Of a DNA stretch of 64,000 bases, positions 39,301 through 52,300 are shown one piece after another. The position numbers were made by a program, and so were the translations under genes. Source of the DNA: Tubulanus polymorphus (taxonomy: Eukaryota; Animalia; Nemertea); NCBI RefSeq assembly GCF_964204645.1, contig NC_134029.1:22128950-22192949 (forward strand), given 5' to 3'. Position 1 is the stretch's first letter. The number at the start of each line of letters is the position of its first letter. Under the pieces are notes generated by a model that was not told the DNA's origin, searched no databases, and saw only the letters and a program-made list of their open reading frames with translations.

Positions 39301-42300
39301 CAGTCCACTTGAAAATGATTTCCACCTTGTCACCCGTTAACCGGTGCTCGGTGTTCCACAATAGTTTTCTTTTATTCATTTCGTTTTCTGTTGATTATTC
39401 ATCGGTTTATTAGATAATCAGGTACAATCGTCGCAATCAAAGCTTCTGCCGGTGAGATGGTGGTTTTTTTTTCTCGGGGGAGACTAATGTTATTCCGGCG
39501 GCGGCGACATTTATCAGTCGTTTTCATCGCGGGCAAATCATTTTATCAAATAAAAAAAAACGACGGAATTGCATTAAACGCAGTGCAACAAGGACAGCGT
39601 TCATGATTGGATTTCTTGTAGTACACGTATGATACCAGAGACATGTTCAACGTCAGCGGTGCATTGCGGTGCGGTGCGGTGCGGCGCGGTGCGGCGCGGC
39701 GCGGCGCGGTGCGGTGCTCATCGTATTTCACGGATCAGATGATTAAAAAACAAAACCTGAAACTTATCAAGTGTCCTTCACGCAAGCGGTACATTTCCTC
39801 GAGAGTTAAAAAAACTAAGGTCTATTCTTAGGCTCACTCAGATTCCCTGAAAACTCCTTATATGGTAAAGAAAACGAATTTTATTTCAGTTCTCATTAAC
39901 TGATTTCGATGTTTTACCCGTAAAATTGCGATAAATTAAGAAAAACAAACAAAGAAAAGGTAATTTCATATGATATATAATTCAATTGGATTTTTGCGCC
40001 TACGCTTCAGGGCAAACATGAGTGTGTTTAATGCGTGTTCAGCGGTGTATAGTAATTGTTTATTATTGACTGGAGGACTGGAGGAGGACTGGAGGAGGAC
40101 TGGAGGAGGACTGGAGGATGGATGATACCGGTGCAATGAAATATCTCGCTTTGTAGAAAGGAAAACTGTTTGAGTATTTCAAACATGTAATGGATCCGTA
40201 TTTGAGTATTGAAGATCATCATTGATTTTTTTCTGAATAATGGGAGGTTATATTTTTGAACGTGTTTGTCATATCTTTTTCGTTCTGCCTGTTTTGAAAC
40301 GATGATGCGGTGAAAAGCGATGATGAAATGTAGAGTTGAATTTTACAAGATTACCGTTTTTGCAGGACACATTTTTGTGTTGTTTATTGAACTCGCGCGA
40401 ATTCGTTCGATGTTTTTGCCCGATTTTTCATCTCGATTTAAGTCGATTTCTTTCTCTCGAATATCAAGAAGTTAAAAGCCAGCGCAATATTAAATAACTC
40501 GTAGTAAGAATCACGAGGTTTTCATCTCTTGAAGAAGTTGATTTCGAAAGATTTCACAACCAAAATCTGTTTTTCTGATGTTTTGGTTGTTTGCATCTTA
40601 AATTTTTCATATTGATGATTTTGAAAAAATCCAAAAATGATAAGAAGGAATCTTTCCGAAATGTCAGAATAATAGATTTTAATGAATTTTCATCAGGCTG
40701 AAATAGGAAATAAATACCTTATTTCTCCTGACCTAATCGACTGGGTCATTTTTATATAAAATTTGCGATGATTTTATTTCTATAGCTGTTGGGTCTCTTA
40801 TGTAAGCTTGATCATAATTTTTTTCAAAACTAATGTACAGGGTGGCCTGTATAGCCAGGTGGCCGGCTAGGCCAACCGTAAATTAAGCTCAGCAAAAACG
40901 AGAAAAAACGAGCCTAAAAGTCTATGTCTATATCCATTAACTGCAGGTGATGCCAAAAGAAATTAAAAATTGAAAAAAAGTTCTATATTTCACGGTAGTT
41001 GGTAGTTAAGTAGAACGCTGCTGTTCACATCAGCTGCAATCGATTCTAAAATTCAAACGCGGTTATCAAATACAAAACAATTTTTTTAAATTCAATTTTC
41101 CCGTTGACTGGTTTCGTTGGCGAATGGTTTCGGTTAAAGTCTGGTTAAATTACCAATCGCATCGTCGATGAAAAAACAGAGAGAGTGAGAGAGAGCGCGC
41201 GAGAGCATATTTGTTTGGAATGAAATTCGATCGGTCATCATTCATTTATTGTGACAGCCTTTTACAATGAACTTACACAAATCAATTGACGGAAACAGCT
41301 TGAAGTTGACTAGACTTACATCGCGCCGGCGTTGGAACCTGTTGCTTTTTTCATTTTTCAAACCGATTCTTTTCTGCTTCGACGGGTAAATTCGCCGGTG
41401 AAAAGCGCTCCCCGCGCGGAACGGTACCTCTTCTGTTGAAGATTTCGAGGGTAGATGCTGGAAGCGCGTTATGTGGGTGGATGGTTGCGATACGATATTT
41501 TTCATGGGTCACTAAGGAACGCGTGAAACTGTCGAAGAAACTTCGTTACTGGGAAAAGATAACGTGACGCGAACAGGATTTATGACTGGGGGTGGTGGGG
41601 AGGAGGTGGGGGTGGTGGGAAGGAAGGGGCTTTTAACAAAGGTTTGCGTTTACAGGCATGAAATTTTACAACTGTCAAGGGACAATTTGTCATCTTATGA
41701 ATCACATTATCCAGCAGTAAAATCTCAGATTATCAGTTTTTTTTTTCATGCGTTGTTGAGTAAATCATGGTGAAATTGCACCTAGGTTTTCGCGGCTGTT
41801 GTACTGATTGACTTTGTGATTTATACGACTTTTTGTTTTCTTCGATGAATTATTTTGTCCCTGCTACGGATGGGGATCATTATATTGTACAATAACAGCA
41901 ATCTCCCTGGAGAAAACTGGCCACCGCCTCCCCTACCCCCCCCCCTGACTTCATACAGCGGAACCTCATTAAAATGACCTCAGATCTATTGTTTATTCAA
42001 TTTTGATGATCTTGATGATTGCATACCGTGGATATAATGAACTACCAGTTAATTTAGTAGCTCCTGACCTGCAAAACCTGGACAACTTGGGGAATTGGTA
42101 AATTTCACCAAAAACCTGGAAATTTGGATATGCTATTGACTACGCCACTTCTTTATCATTAAGTGATTCAATGAAAAATGAATGAGATTTTTACATTTCA
42201 AACTTAGAAATTTCTCTTGATTCACTCGTGGAATTTTGTGTAATCACAAGGAAAAATTGGGGAAAACCCAGGGGGATTTGTAAATGGGCTGAAACTGGTG

Positions 42301-43310
42301 ACACTTGAGTTCTGGTTGGTAGCGTGAAATTCGTTCCGACAAGGTTCCACGGAACCTCGTAAATTCAGCTGCGTTTTTACGAAGTTTTTCTCGATTTTCT
42401 CGATGCGGTGGAAGATCATTTCACGTAGCTGTGTGTTATTACTATCGATATATCGACTGGTTTTCACACAGTTTACGCCGGGTATCGTCGTCGCCATCAT
42501 CATCGTTACCTATTTCTGTGTGATCTCTACAGATTCGCACACGCGACACTATTTTGCTCATCGTGTACCCGAGTCGTGTAGTAGCGTAATGATTCAGGGG
42601 CTCTTATTTACCGGAGACAAATGAATGATCCCGGCGGGTCTTTTTCTAAATCATGACCGATAAAACAGGTGATTAGTATACAGTACGAGCGAGTTGCAGT
42701 CAATGTTGCATACGAGAACCGACCGATCGTTTTCGGAATTTTTGATAAATTAAGCGACTGTTTCCGGTTTTATAGCCGTTCTTCGATATCGTTATAGTTA
42801 CCGAATTGATTCTCCCTAAATCATGACCGGGTTTAGGAGTATACGGTTTGAGACGGTCTCATATTCGAGAACTGGGTCTGTTTTCTGTATTGGTGACCGG
42901 TTCGGGTTTTATGACCAACCTTCGATCGACGCGTTAACCCTTTCGGTAACCTAATTAATGACTCTGAACTGCTGGAGATTGTTTGAAAATTTTGAAAACT
43001 TCCACCCCAGGCTGTTGTATGATGGGCATAATGCTTTAGTGCCTCTACTCCCCGGTGCGGTGTATTGTTAGTTACTAATATCCCACTATGTTTGAAAGGT
43101 GCTGCCATCTTTCAATAGGGACAAAATGGGTTTACTAATAATATCTATACACCGCATGATGGTGTTCTAGCAAAATCCATCATCAATTTATACGCCGTCA
43201 TGCGGTGTAGATGCATTGAAAGGGTTAAGATATGAGGTGGAAAATTTTAGCCTCTCGCGATCCAGTTTGCTTCATTTGTAACATTTGTTTTGATTAAAAA
43301 TCATCGCCAT

Positions 43311-43342
<32 letters not shown>

Positions 43343-46300
43343 TAGTGCCTCACAAACGAGCAGCGAGCAAGCGGGTTATGGAGCAAAAGATATGAACCGA
43401 ACTAGTGTTCTTGAGTGTATATAGCTGTGAGGGGTTATTGCGGCCTGGTTTAATGTCACTGTCGTGCTTATACCCGCCGGTCACTCATTAATGTTTGAAA
43501 TCGGCAGGCAATAATTAGACGTAACCCAGCTTCGCCCGCGGTGCCCGAGCCGGGTGCCGCTTCGTATAATTGGCCCAACACTCCTATGACACTGTACAGT
43601 CATACGCAAAACAAAAGAAATGACGATTTTCGCCGATACACAGAGTTCTACGCTCATTTCATTTCGCTGATCGTGGTCACTTTATTGGCAGTTCGCTCGT
43701 GAGAATTTAGAAACAAACTCAAGTTTTGCCGTTTAGAAATTTGCTTGATGTCTGTTCTTGAATTGAACACTAGAAATTCTAGAAATCTATGACTGATAGA
43801 AGAATGATGACGACAGATCATCGGATCTAACGATTTCGCGATTAATCTAACTATCTTCAACAGTTAGGGAGAGAAATTCATGTTTTCATAATAACGGTTT
43901 CTCTAATGATGAGATCTAGATCAATATCGAAACGGTTTCATTAGATTAATAATAAATATAAGATATCATCAATTGTTCGTCAAGAAATGGATTTTCTTTC
44001 ACTTCATACTTGATGGCTTCTATGATTCTGCTGCTTCTAACAGCGAAACAGTTTCTCTGAAGATTTATGATTTTTTTTTATCTACGATTCGATATACAAA
44101 GGATAGCGTTCGGTCGTCTTGAGGGTCCGTTGGTTTCATGCATGATGTGAACTAATATTCCTCCGTCGTCGTTGTCAGAAAACGGGAACAATATCGCACT
44201 TATGTAGTGGCATAAACGTACTCGTATAGCTCGGGTTCTCTATACGTATATCATGCATATGAAATAGCGTTAAGAGTCTAATATGTACTTAGGATATTTA
44301 CCTTCGGAATGATTGCGGATAATTGAAATATATCAATACTGGCGCAAACTGTCCGACCATCTTGCGTCAACGATTTACGTTCAAACACCTTCAGCTTCTG
44401 ATTAAGAGTTTCAGCCCGTTCAGCCATTTTACATTCTTCAATCTTATCGAAGAGCTTTCTAAGATCTGTGTTCAAACTCTTGTTCTTTTATGATCAACAA
44501 AAAATATGTGATTTTGATCTCTTTAATCTTGATTGCACATTGTTTTAACAGTAAACACAAACTAGGCTGATCATTCTTCGTGTAATTTGTATGTAATCGA
44601 ATTCGGTAGACCAAAATTGACAATTTATGGAAACCCATGAAATTCGCCTTGTCCTAGCCATCTCCATGATTTTATTAATCTTAAATCTTTAATGTAAACG
44701 GTAAAACCTTCATTACAGTTATTTCTATAATCGTTTTTATCGCGCGCACGTCAAGGAATTGGTCTTTGTTTTGAAGAGTTATTAGTTATCGCCACCTGTT
44801 TGAATATTCAATCTTAAGCCGATGATATTTCTTAAAGTTTTAAGATCGCGCATTGATTTCGCGTTGGCAGGTGAAACCCGGTCTCAGGATTTAGGGAGCT
44901 TATAAGATGATTTATGATTTTCGAGTAGTCCCCGGTGCCTGCACGAGCGATTCGCCTCATACAGCGAAGGCGCGCGGTTACTCTTTCTTAATCTTGATGG
45001 ATTTTTCCGACTTGAAGCTCGGCGTTAATGGAGGTACACGAATTTAATCTCGCGAGCCGAATCTTGGGAATGGACTCGTTGAAGCGGATATGAATAGGAA
45101 TGGATTCGAACGGTCTCGCGGGAATCTCACGGGAATCTCGCGGGAATCTCGCGGTTATACGTTAATAGTAGCCATGAAATATGTATGCGAGTTTTTACTG
45201 CTGTTATTTCCCGATGGAAAGTCATTCCTTCATCTTTTGAATTCTCCGGCGCATTTACCGCTAATTAACTCTTAGCCTTTATATACATCAGCCACGCTAA
45301 CTTGTATTCATTTTGCTAAAACAGTCTTCGAATGTTCCTCAGTGACACAGAAGATATCTCTTCGCTAGAAACATAAATAGTCATACTGTGAATCTGAATC
45401 AATCCTTCGATTGTGACCAGTGCAATAATCCATTGGAATGTTCTGTAGCCGCGAACACATGGGGACCAGGACCAGGCCCAGGCCCGAGTCAGATTTGTGC
45501 CTAAGTATAGAGCGGGTTCACATTGTAAACCATTCACTTGATGCTATACAATGCTATTTGTTTTAGAGTCCATGCTTAAACTAAGCTAAGTGAATCACTT
45601 AGGGAACCACTTAGGATTCGTGTGTAACAATTGGACCCTTTACTGAAATTTGGCACAGGCCTGGTCCGCTGTTTTGCTCATGCCATATTGATCCATTTTG
45701 CCCATGTGTGAACGCTCGTGCGATCTGATTCCGAAACAAATCCTTCTATTTTGATGCGCAAAAAGCCACTGAAATATTCTCCATACGCTTCATTTCGTCG
45801 GCTAATGTCTGTTTCCTTCGTTATAAATTGTCTCTACGTGAGTTTGGCTTCACGGCGCGTTAATGGAACCAGCTCTCAATACTGCATGGATTCTTCGGTT
45901 TATCGAGAAAAAAACACTGCGTATCATTTATCTCGCAACGTACCTTCAACTGAACCTCAAACGCCGCGGAATTCACCGTTTCGATTCCGGATGAAAAGCC
46001 ATTCTCCGGAAACTATAAACAGTAGACCACTTCAAAGTTAATTTCCTGACTTGACAATTTCCTGAGTTAACAATCGTATTAACGCATAAGTCAGATACTA
46101 AGCCCCTTTCATTTGTGGACACACAGCTTAGCAGTGTTGTTATAATATGTCTGCAGGTCTTCTCTGGTGCACGGCGCCTCAAGCGGAGAACACTCCATCG
46201 CCTGTTGCTAAAGGCTGCAATCGCAAAGAACTTCATTTTCTGGTGATAGACCCCCCCATCTGTATTTTGTTACATTTTATCTGAGACAATTCAGGCATGT

Positions 46301-49300
46301 CCATTCAGCACCAGAGGGAGTTTTTCATGAACAGGTTGTTCCATGACAACTCTTTCGGATATGTTGGTTGTGTCCCGAGTAATTATTCTTGTAGATGAAC
46401 TACCTTGGAAACTTGAGCTTGTGATGGACTAGACGAATCATTTGCTGCAGGGATTTGCTGGTGATTGAGTACAATGCGCCCAATCTGTCACAGGCTTTAA
46501 CTTATAAACTCATATCGATGAAGCAAATGTCATAATTCGTTCAGGTATATGTCGTTGTAGATTGTAGACATCACGTGGTCAACTGACCAGTGGACTGGCC
46601 AGTCATATCCTATACCCTACATCACCTGACAACTAGTGACATCATAGTCCTAGTTGGCCAGCTGATCTGATCCTACACTCAGAGCTATTGGCAGGTGAAC
46701 CTTTCACTGAGGAAAGTGTACTAATGATAACTGTCGATATAAATACGTGGGGTAGTTTTTTTATCTGTCAGTTCAGCAAACAATATGGAATATTAGTCAG
46801 CAGATGCTCGACAATATGGTCTTCCATGTCATATATAAATGTCATATATCATGTCATTCAACTAACACTGACACATTCAGCAGTCATGTACTGATATACA
46901 TTGACAAGTCAAATAAACATTAATATATCCAGTGTATATGACTACACCTCTCTCCCAGGTCTTTCATCCACTTATATAAGCTATTTTGAATTCGTCTACC
47001 GGAAGATGGTGATCGAAAAGTGACACATAAATTATGTGATTACCGGGTTTGAATCTGGGCATCAATTACGACAAGTATCTTAAAAACGTCTTTCGTTGAA
47101 CACGCGAGTCATTATCCAGTAATAGATGCGTTCGTTTGGCTTATTGTTGGTGTAAATAACGAACGAGTTCTTTCCGTTGCCTCGTTCCGGCGCACTTAGA
47201 ACTGCATCAGAAACCTATTAGAAGCCCCGATGCGGTCCCGACCCGAGCGGAACTGACTTTCCCGCATTTAATCGCGTCCTACTGACATTAACGCGTTCGG
47301 CTTGCTGCGCGTTTAGTCGGAAGGAAACAAATTATTCATGTAATTAATTAACGCTGTCTACTAATGATCCGTGATTGCCTTTTTGCCCCCCCCCCCCAGA
47401 TTTGCGCAGTTCGATTTAGAATGAAACCTTATTTCAAATTTCAAATATAACGGCTGAATGTTTGCATATTTATGACGTTAACGTTTTCGGATTTATTCAG
47501 GTAGACACGAATCCGAATTTTTATCATCACTTTGACGCTGATTTAATGCGATATTTAGTGTTCTGAATATCGGACTTCTCGACGCTGTCACATACAGTTA
47601 CATTCTCAACGGGCGTTCTATACATACCCCCTCTCAGCCCCCCCCCCCCCCGAGCGTAAAATCAGCCTCGGGATTTAATCCTACGCTTGAAATTCAATTA
47701 CGAAACATAAACGCTCGTATACCCCCTTGTTCATAATTGAATGCTTACACGGTAGCAATCATTGAAATCTATCGTCGTGAAATACGGGTCGCGCGAGTTC
47801 GACGTGGAATATTCCGGCGGCGTTCTTGAGCTACTTTCGTTTCGGGGAATTCGTGAAGGTGTTACTTAAAAATTCTCACTGTTCTTACCGCTTCTTTTTG
47901 CCTTTCTTCCGTTCTACAGCTCGTCTGAATATTAACGATATTCTGAGAATTACGTTTTACCCGTGTTGCTTCTACAGCAGTCAACTAAAATTTGACTTGA
48001 AGAGAGAATTTACTAAATAATGAACTGGCGTCGAGAGATGCAGTAAACCTCGCCTACATCCTGACACGAACAACTTTTGACTGAGACAAAAATTGAAATC
48101 GTTTTACTGACTTATAACTGTGTTTTTATCCGGATCATTTTCGCCAATCCTAGTTTGTCGATTTAAACGAGGTCTTACGCTGCGGATTTGTTTTTCCAAG
48201 AAATTAATGTTTTCTGTAGATAGTTCATAAAGGCTAAGGCTGAATATCGTTTATCGTAAACACACAAATTACTCAACTAGTTTTAGTACGGGTCAATCTG
48301 ATGTTATCAGACACGCTGAACACTGACTGACTGGGCATTATGATCTGTCAGGTAGATGACTACCACCTCGCTGGGTCTCATACATCAGTATTCCATACAG
48401 TATTCAACATGTTGTAATTGGCTCTTCAGTTGGGACGACGTCAACATCACATATATATTGGATACTGTTAAGATTGCCTATTTCCCGTGACAGCCTCTTC
48501 CGATCGAAATTCAAATTTAAACATTCGCGCTAGAGTTTCCAATTTCGAAACCGTTGGATGTGCGAAGATTTTGCATTTTCGTCTTCCATTGCGATCGGAC
48601 TGCGATGAATTCGGTCGTCAACCTTTCCGAAATAAGATTCTAATCATAAATGCTAATAATTGCAGGCATCCAGGGTTTATTTGCCTTGAGTATTGTGATG
48701 GTCTTTAATTTGCCAGCTGAACTTCTAAGATCAATAAGAGTAGATTTCAGGTACCTTCCCCTTGCAGGTAAATGTTTGAGATTACATTTATCTCATCCTA
48801 TGTATACCGGTGTGTATATCAGACAGACTAAATGTGTTACAGTCGCATTTACTTTCACAGGTTCTAATTTGGCCCTCGTACCTGGAATGGACCAATTTTG
48901 AGCAGATCAATCCAGACCTGTGCATTAAAAGTTCATAAAGACTTTGTGGTGCATCATTCGCTTTTAAATCAGTGGTCTAGACTCAATACTAACTGACAGG
49001 TAATGAAAGCGAAGTTTCAATTCATACACACAGATATGGTCAACTCCGTAATTTAGAACTGATGTGCAATGGATCAGTTTTTTTTGGGGACCAATTTATT
49101 TCATGCTGATGTTAATGTTTGGTCCATCCTGAATTTGAGCAGACTTGATTTAGAACATGGCTTCATGTGACTAATGGACTGCTTTTTGCTCGAGCGAATA
49201 GAAAGAGAGAAGTGTACTCGAAATTAAGCGAGTAAAATTCATGATCCTTTGTTCCCTATTTGTTGAGATGAATGAGGATTATTCTGTTATTGTTCGTTCG

Positions 49301-52300
49301 AAGCTCTCAATATTTTCACCGTAAGAATTAAGTACTGTTCAAGGACGTCGTAGTCATCGGGAGTCTTAAAACAATCAAACCACACGGCGAGGACGACATC
49401 CTGTAAGGTTTTCTAGAACGCTTGCAGGATTTACAACTTTGATTTCAGCTGGCTTCCACTCCATTAACACTTCCGACTTCACATATGGTTTTGAGTTGCG
49501 TTGTTTATCGACGAGGCTCTATAATAAAGACTCTCCGCGCTTGTAAGAAAAAGTATTAAGCGTCAAGGACGAATGGAGAACAAACGCAAGTCTCTTTCGA
49601 CTAGCAAATTTGCGCCCGTTAATGGCTTCTCGTAAAAAGTAACCATTTTTTCGGCCGCATCAAAGAGAAATTTAGTTTTCAGTTCATTCGGCGATAATAA
49701 ACAAGAGAGTGCTCTCACACTTGACCAGACGGCTTTCGTTCGTCGTATTGCGTTCGAAAGCCGCGTTGAAATCGCTGAATTCATTTAGTCGACGAATTTA
49801 CTCAATAACAGTCTCAAAGCGTCGGCGCTGATGAAAATTCAATGCTTGTCGATTGCTGCTAGATTAATGCGAATGTTTTCAGCTCGGTCGGCGGCGATAA
49901 CAAAAAAGAGAACCTGAATGCGGTAGTAATCTAGCCACTGGCTAGAAACTGACTATTCTGATCAAGTCATCGAACCGTGCTAGCGAAGATTAATCCTGTA
50001 TCTATACGCTAAGATGGATTATAATCTCATTAAAAACAGTTCCGGCTTTAAATTATGCACAATTTTTTATGAGTTGATTAGCAAAATCACAACTGACATT
50101 CGATTCAGAAAATATAGCCACAGTTGCGCAAGTGTTTTTGGCTCAGGCCAAATTTGGCTTGTGCAAGATTAGGTCTGGTTTGGACTGGTGCCAATTTGGC
50201 CCATGCCTGTTTAATCTAAGCCAGATTCGGCCAGGCCTATAATTTCAGACTAGGTCTGTGCCAAATTCTAGCATGGGTCAAATTATGGCAAATGAATTAC
50301 AACTGGTTCCTCTCCACTTATTCATGGGACAAATTTGGCCGGATCCGGGCGAAATCGTCTCCGTGTGATCATGTCGTTATTGATTATAGCTGATGATTGA
50401 AAGAATTCAATTATCATTCATTTAGTAGATAATATACAATAACATGAACTGTGTGTGGGTGAAGCTTATTCATCTCGGTTTATCTATGAAAATGACTTCT
50501 GATTAATAAAAAAAGCGCCTTAATTCGACCATTCAATACAGATCATGTGTACATAGTGAAACCACTCCTATAATAATCCTATTGATTGTGGCAAACCGTT
50601 TTACCCTCGACTATAAACAGCTAATCAATGATTTTCCACGAAATTTTTGAATGGAGCATTAGTACAGTTTTGATTGGATTTTTGTTCATATGTTTCGATA
50701 ACCATCCCGACTCAGTGGTAAATCAACTGGCCAATAAGTACAGCACTTCTGTGAACTCGGGAGTATCTGTGCAGTTAGGTCGAAACAGAGCTAATAACTG
50801 CTCCTGATTTTCAATGCTTTGTTTCTATTTTGTGCTGGAGAATACTGAATTGATTTGTTTGATGTGTATGAAAGATGTTACTGAGGGTCTTAGCATTGAT
50901 TCGAGCATTTTCTTTCATATTTTCAATTTTTTTTGTTTTTAATCAACTTGTTTACTGAAAGCACTTTTTCAAGAGGTTGGCAGCCCTGGTGAAATATTGA
51001 AGATCAAAATTGCTCGAATATTCTCTATCAAAATGTGACGATCTCTGACGATCACTGACGATCAAATAAACTTTGATAACTTGTTTTTCATAGACGCAGA
51101 TGCTATAAACTCTCTGAATTATATATACCAAAGAACAAACTCGGATGATATCACTCGTCTTCATGGACAAAGAAGATCCGATTTGAGCGGAATCGACTGT
51201 ATATATTTAGATTGATTTGCCCTCTGTGATCATTCAGACGTTTCATCTTATCGTCGCGTTTTGCCTTCGTGTATTTTCAGTTGCGTCCGTCGGACAACGA
51301 CATCAACGAACAACACAAACGAGATATCTCCGACGCGAAAGCGTATTTACGTAAACTGAACGTCGTATCGTTGGTCGACAAGGCGAACGAAGATAAAGAA
51401 AAGGAGAAAGAAACGGAGAAAGAAACGAAAAACGAACAGGTAATGTCGAGGACGTTGGTCGCGACGACGTTTCGATCGCACGACCTCCGAATCATGTCTC
51501 CTTTTCATATCACCCTGATAAAAAGACTTTAATCAAATTGTGATATCCTGTCCACCCGGATGGCCGCATACCTGGAAAGTCCGGAAATTTTCCTTAAAAA
51601 TGTGAAAATTAGGGAAATTTGTTGAGATTACACGTAAAATCAAACAGTTTCTGTCTATGTCTTACGTATTTGACTGGGTTAATCGATTGGATTCTTAGCA
51701 GATCAGTCAGGGAAAAAAATCTGTCAAATACAAGTGGCCATCCTGTCTACACGGGTCAGGGTTAATTAGGAGAAGTTGTTTGTTGGTTTCTAGCTGTTTT
51801 AGCGAAGAACGTTCGTATCCGAAATGAGAAAAAAATGACGTCGCTGATTTTTTCAACGAAACGCAGTAAGAGCCGGCAACGATGAGGAAAATGCTGTAGT
51901 CGTTATTGAGTGATATGAATAAATGATGACCTGGACATTCCTGTTATTCCTACTGGAACGACATTTATTTGTCGTCTATAAACAAGGGGACTATGTTATT
52001 ACGTATTTCCATTTATTGCCTGCAGAATTTGCCAGAAAATTACCTCGCTTATGAACTGGCCCAGAACAGGCCTGAGAAGAATCTGGCGCGTGCTTTATTA
52101 GAGAACCTGTTCACAATGTAAATCACCCAGTTGCTACTAATGAAGATGCTGTGGCAAGTGAGGGGAGTCACTTCCAGAACCAGTTAGCATTCACAGCATT
52201 GACCAGTGCAAAAAATTGGCACGGCTTGGTTTCGATGGTTTTGATCGGCGAAATTTGACCTGTGTTTCTGAGTTTTTTGGGTGGACCAAATCAGACATGA

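Noticed and set aside
44278-44640. Lys/Glu-rich short minus-strand ORF
   Set aside because: No recognisable domain or convincing splice context.
46303-46320. TTCAGCACC RE1/NRSE left half-site upstream of a neuronal receptor
   Set aside because: The right half GGACAG is absent and REST is not expected in this lineage.
45973-46700. Possible retrotransposon coding remnant
   Set aside because: Frames are broken and no RT, integrase or transposase motif is recognisable by eye; needs a translated search.
50705-50792. A-box/B-box-like motifs suggesting a tRNA or SINE
   Set aside because: No cloverleaf can be formed and no second copy is seen in the window.
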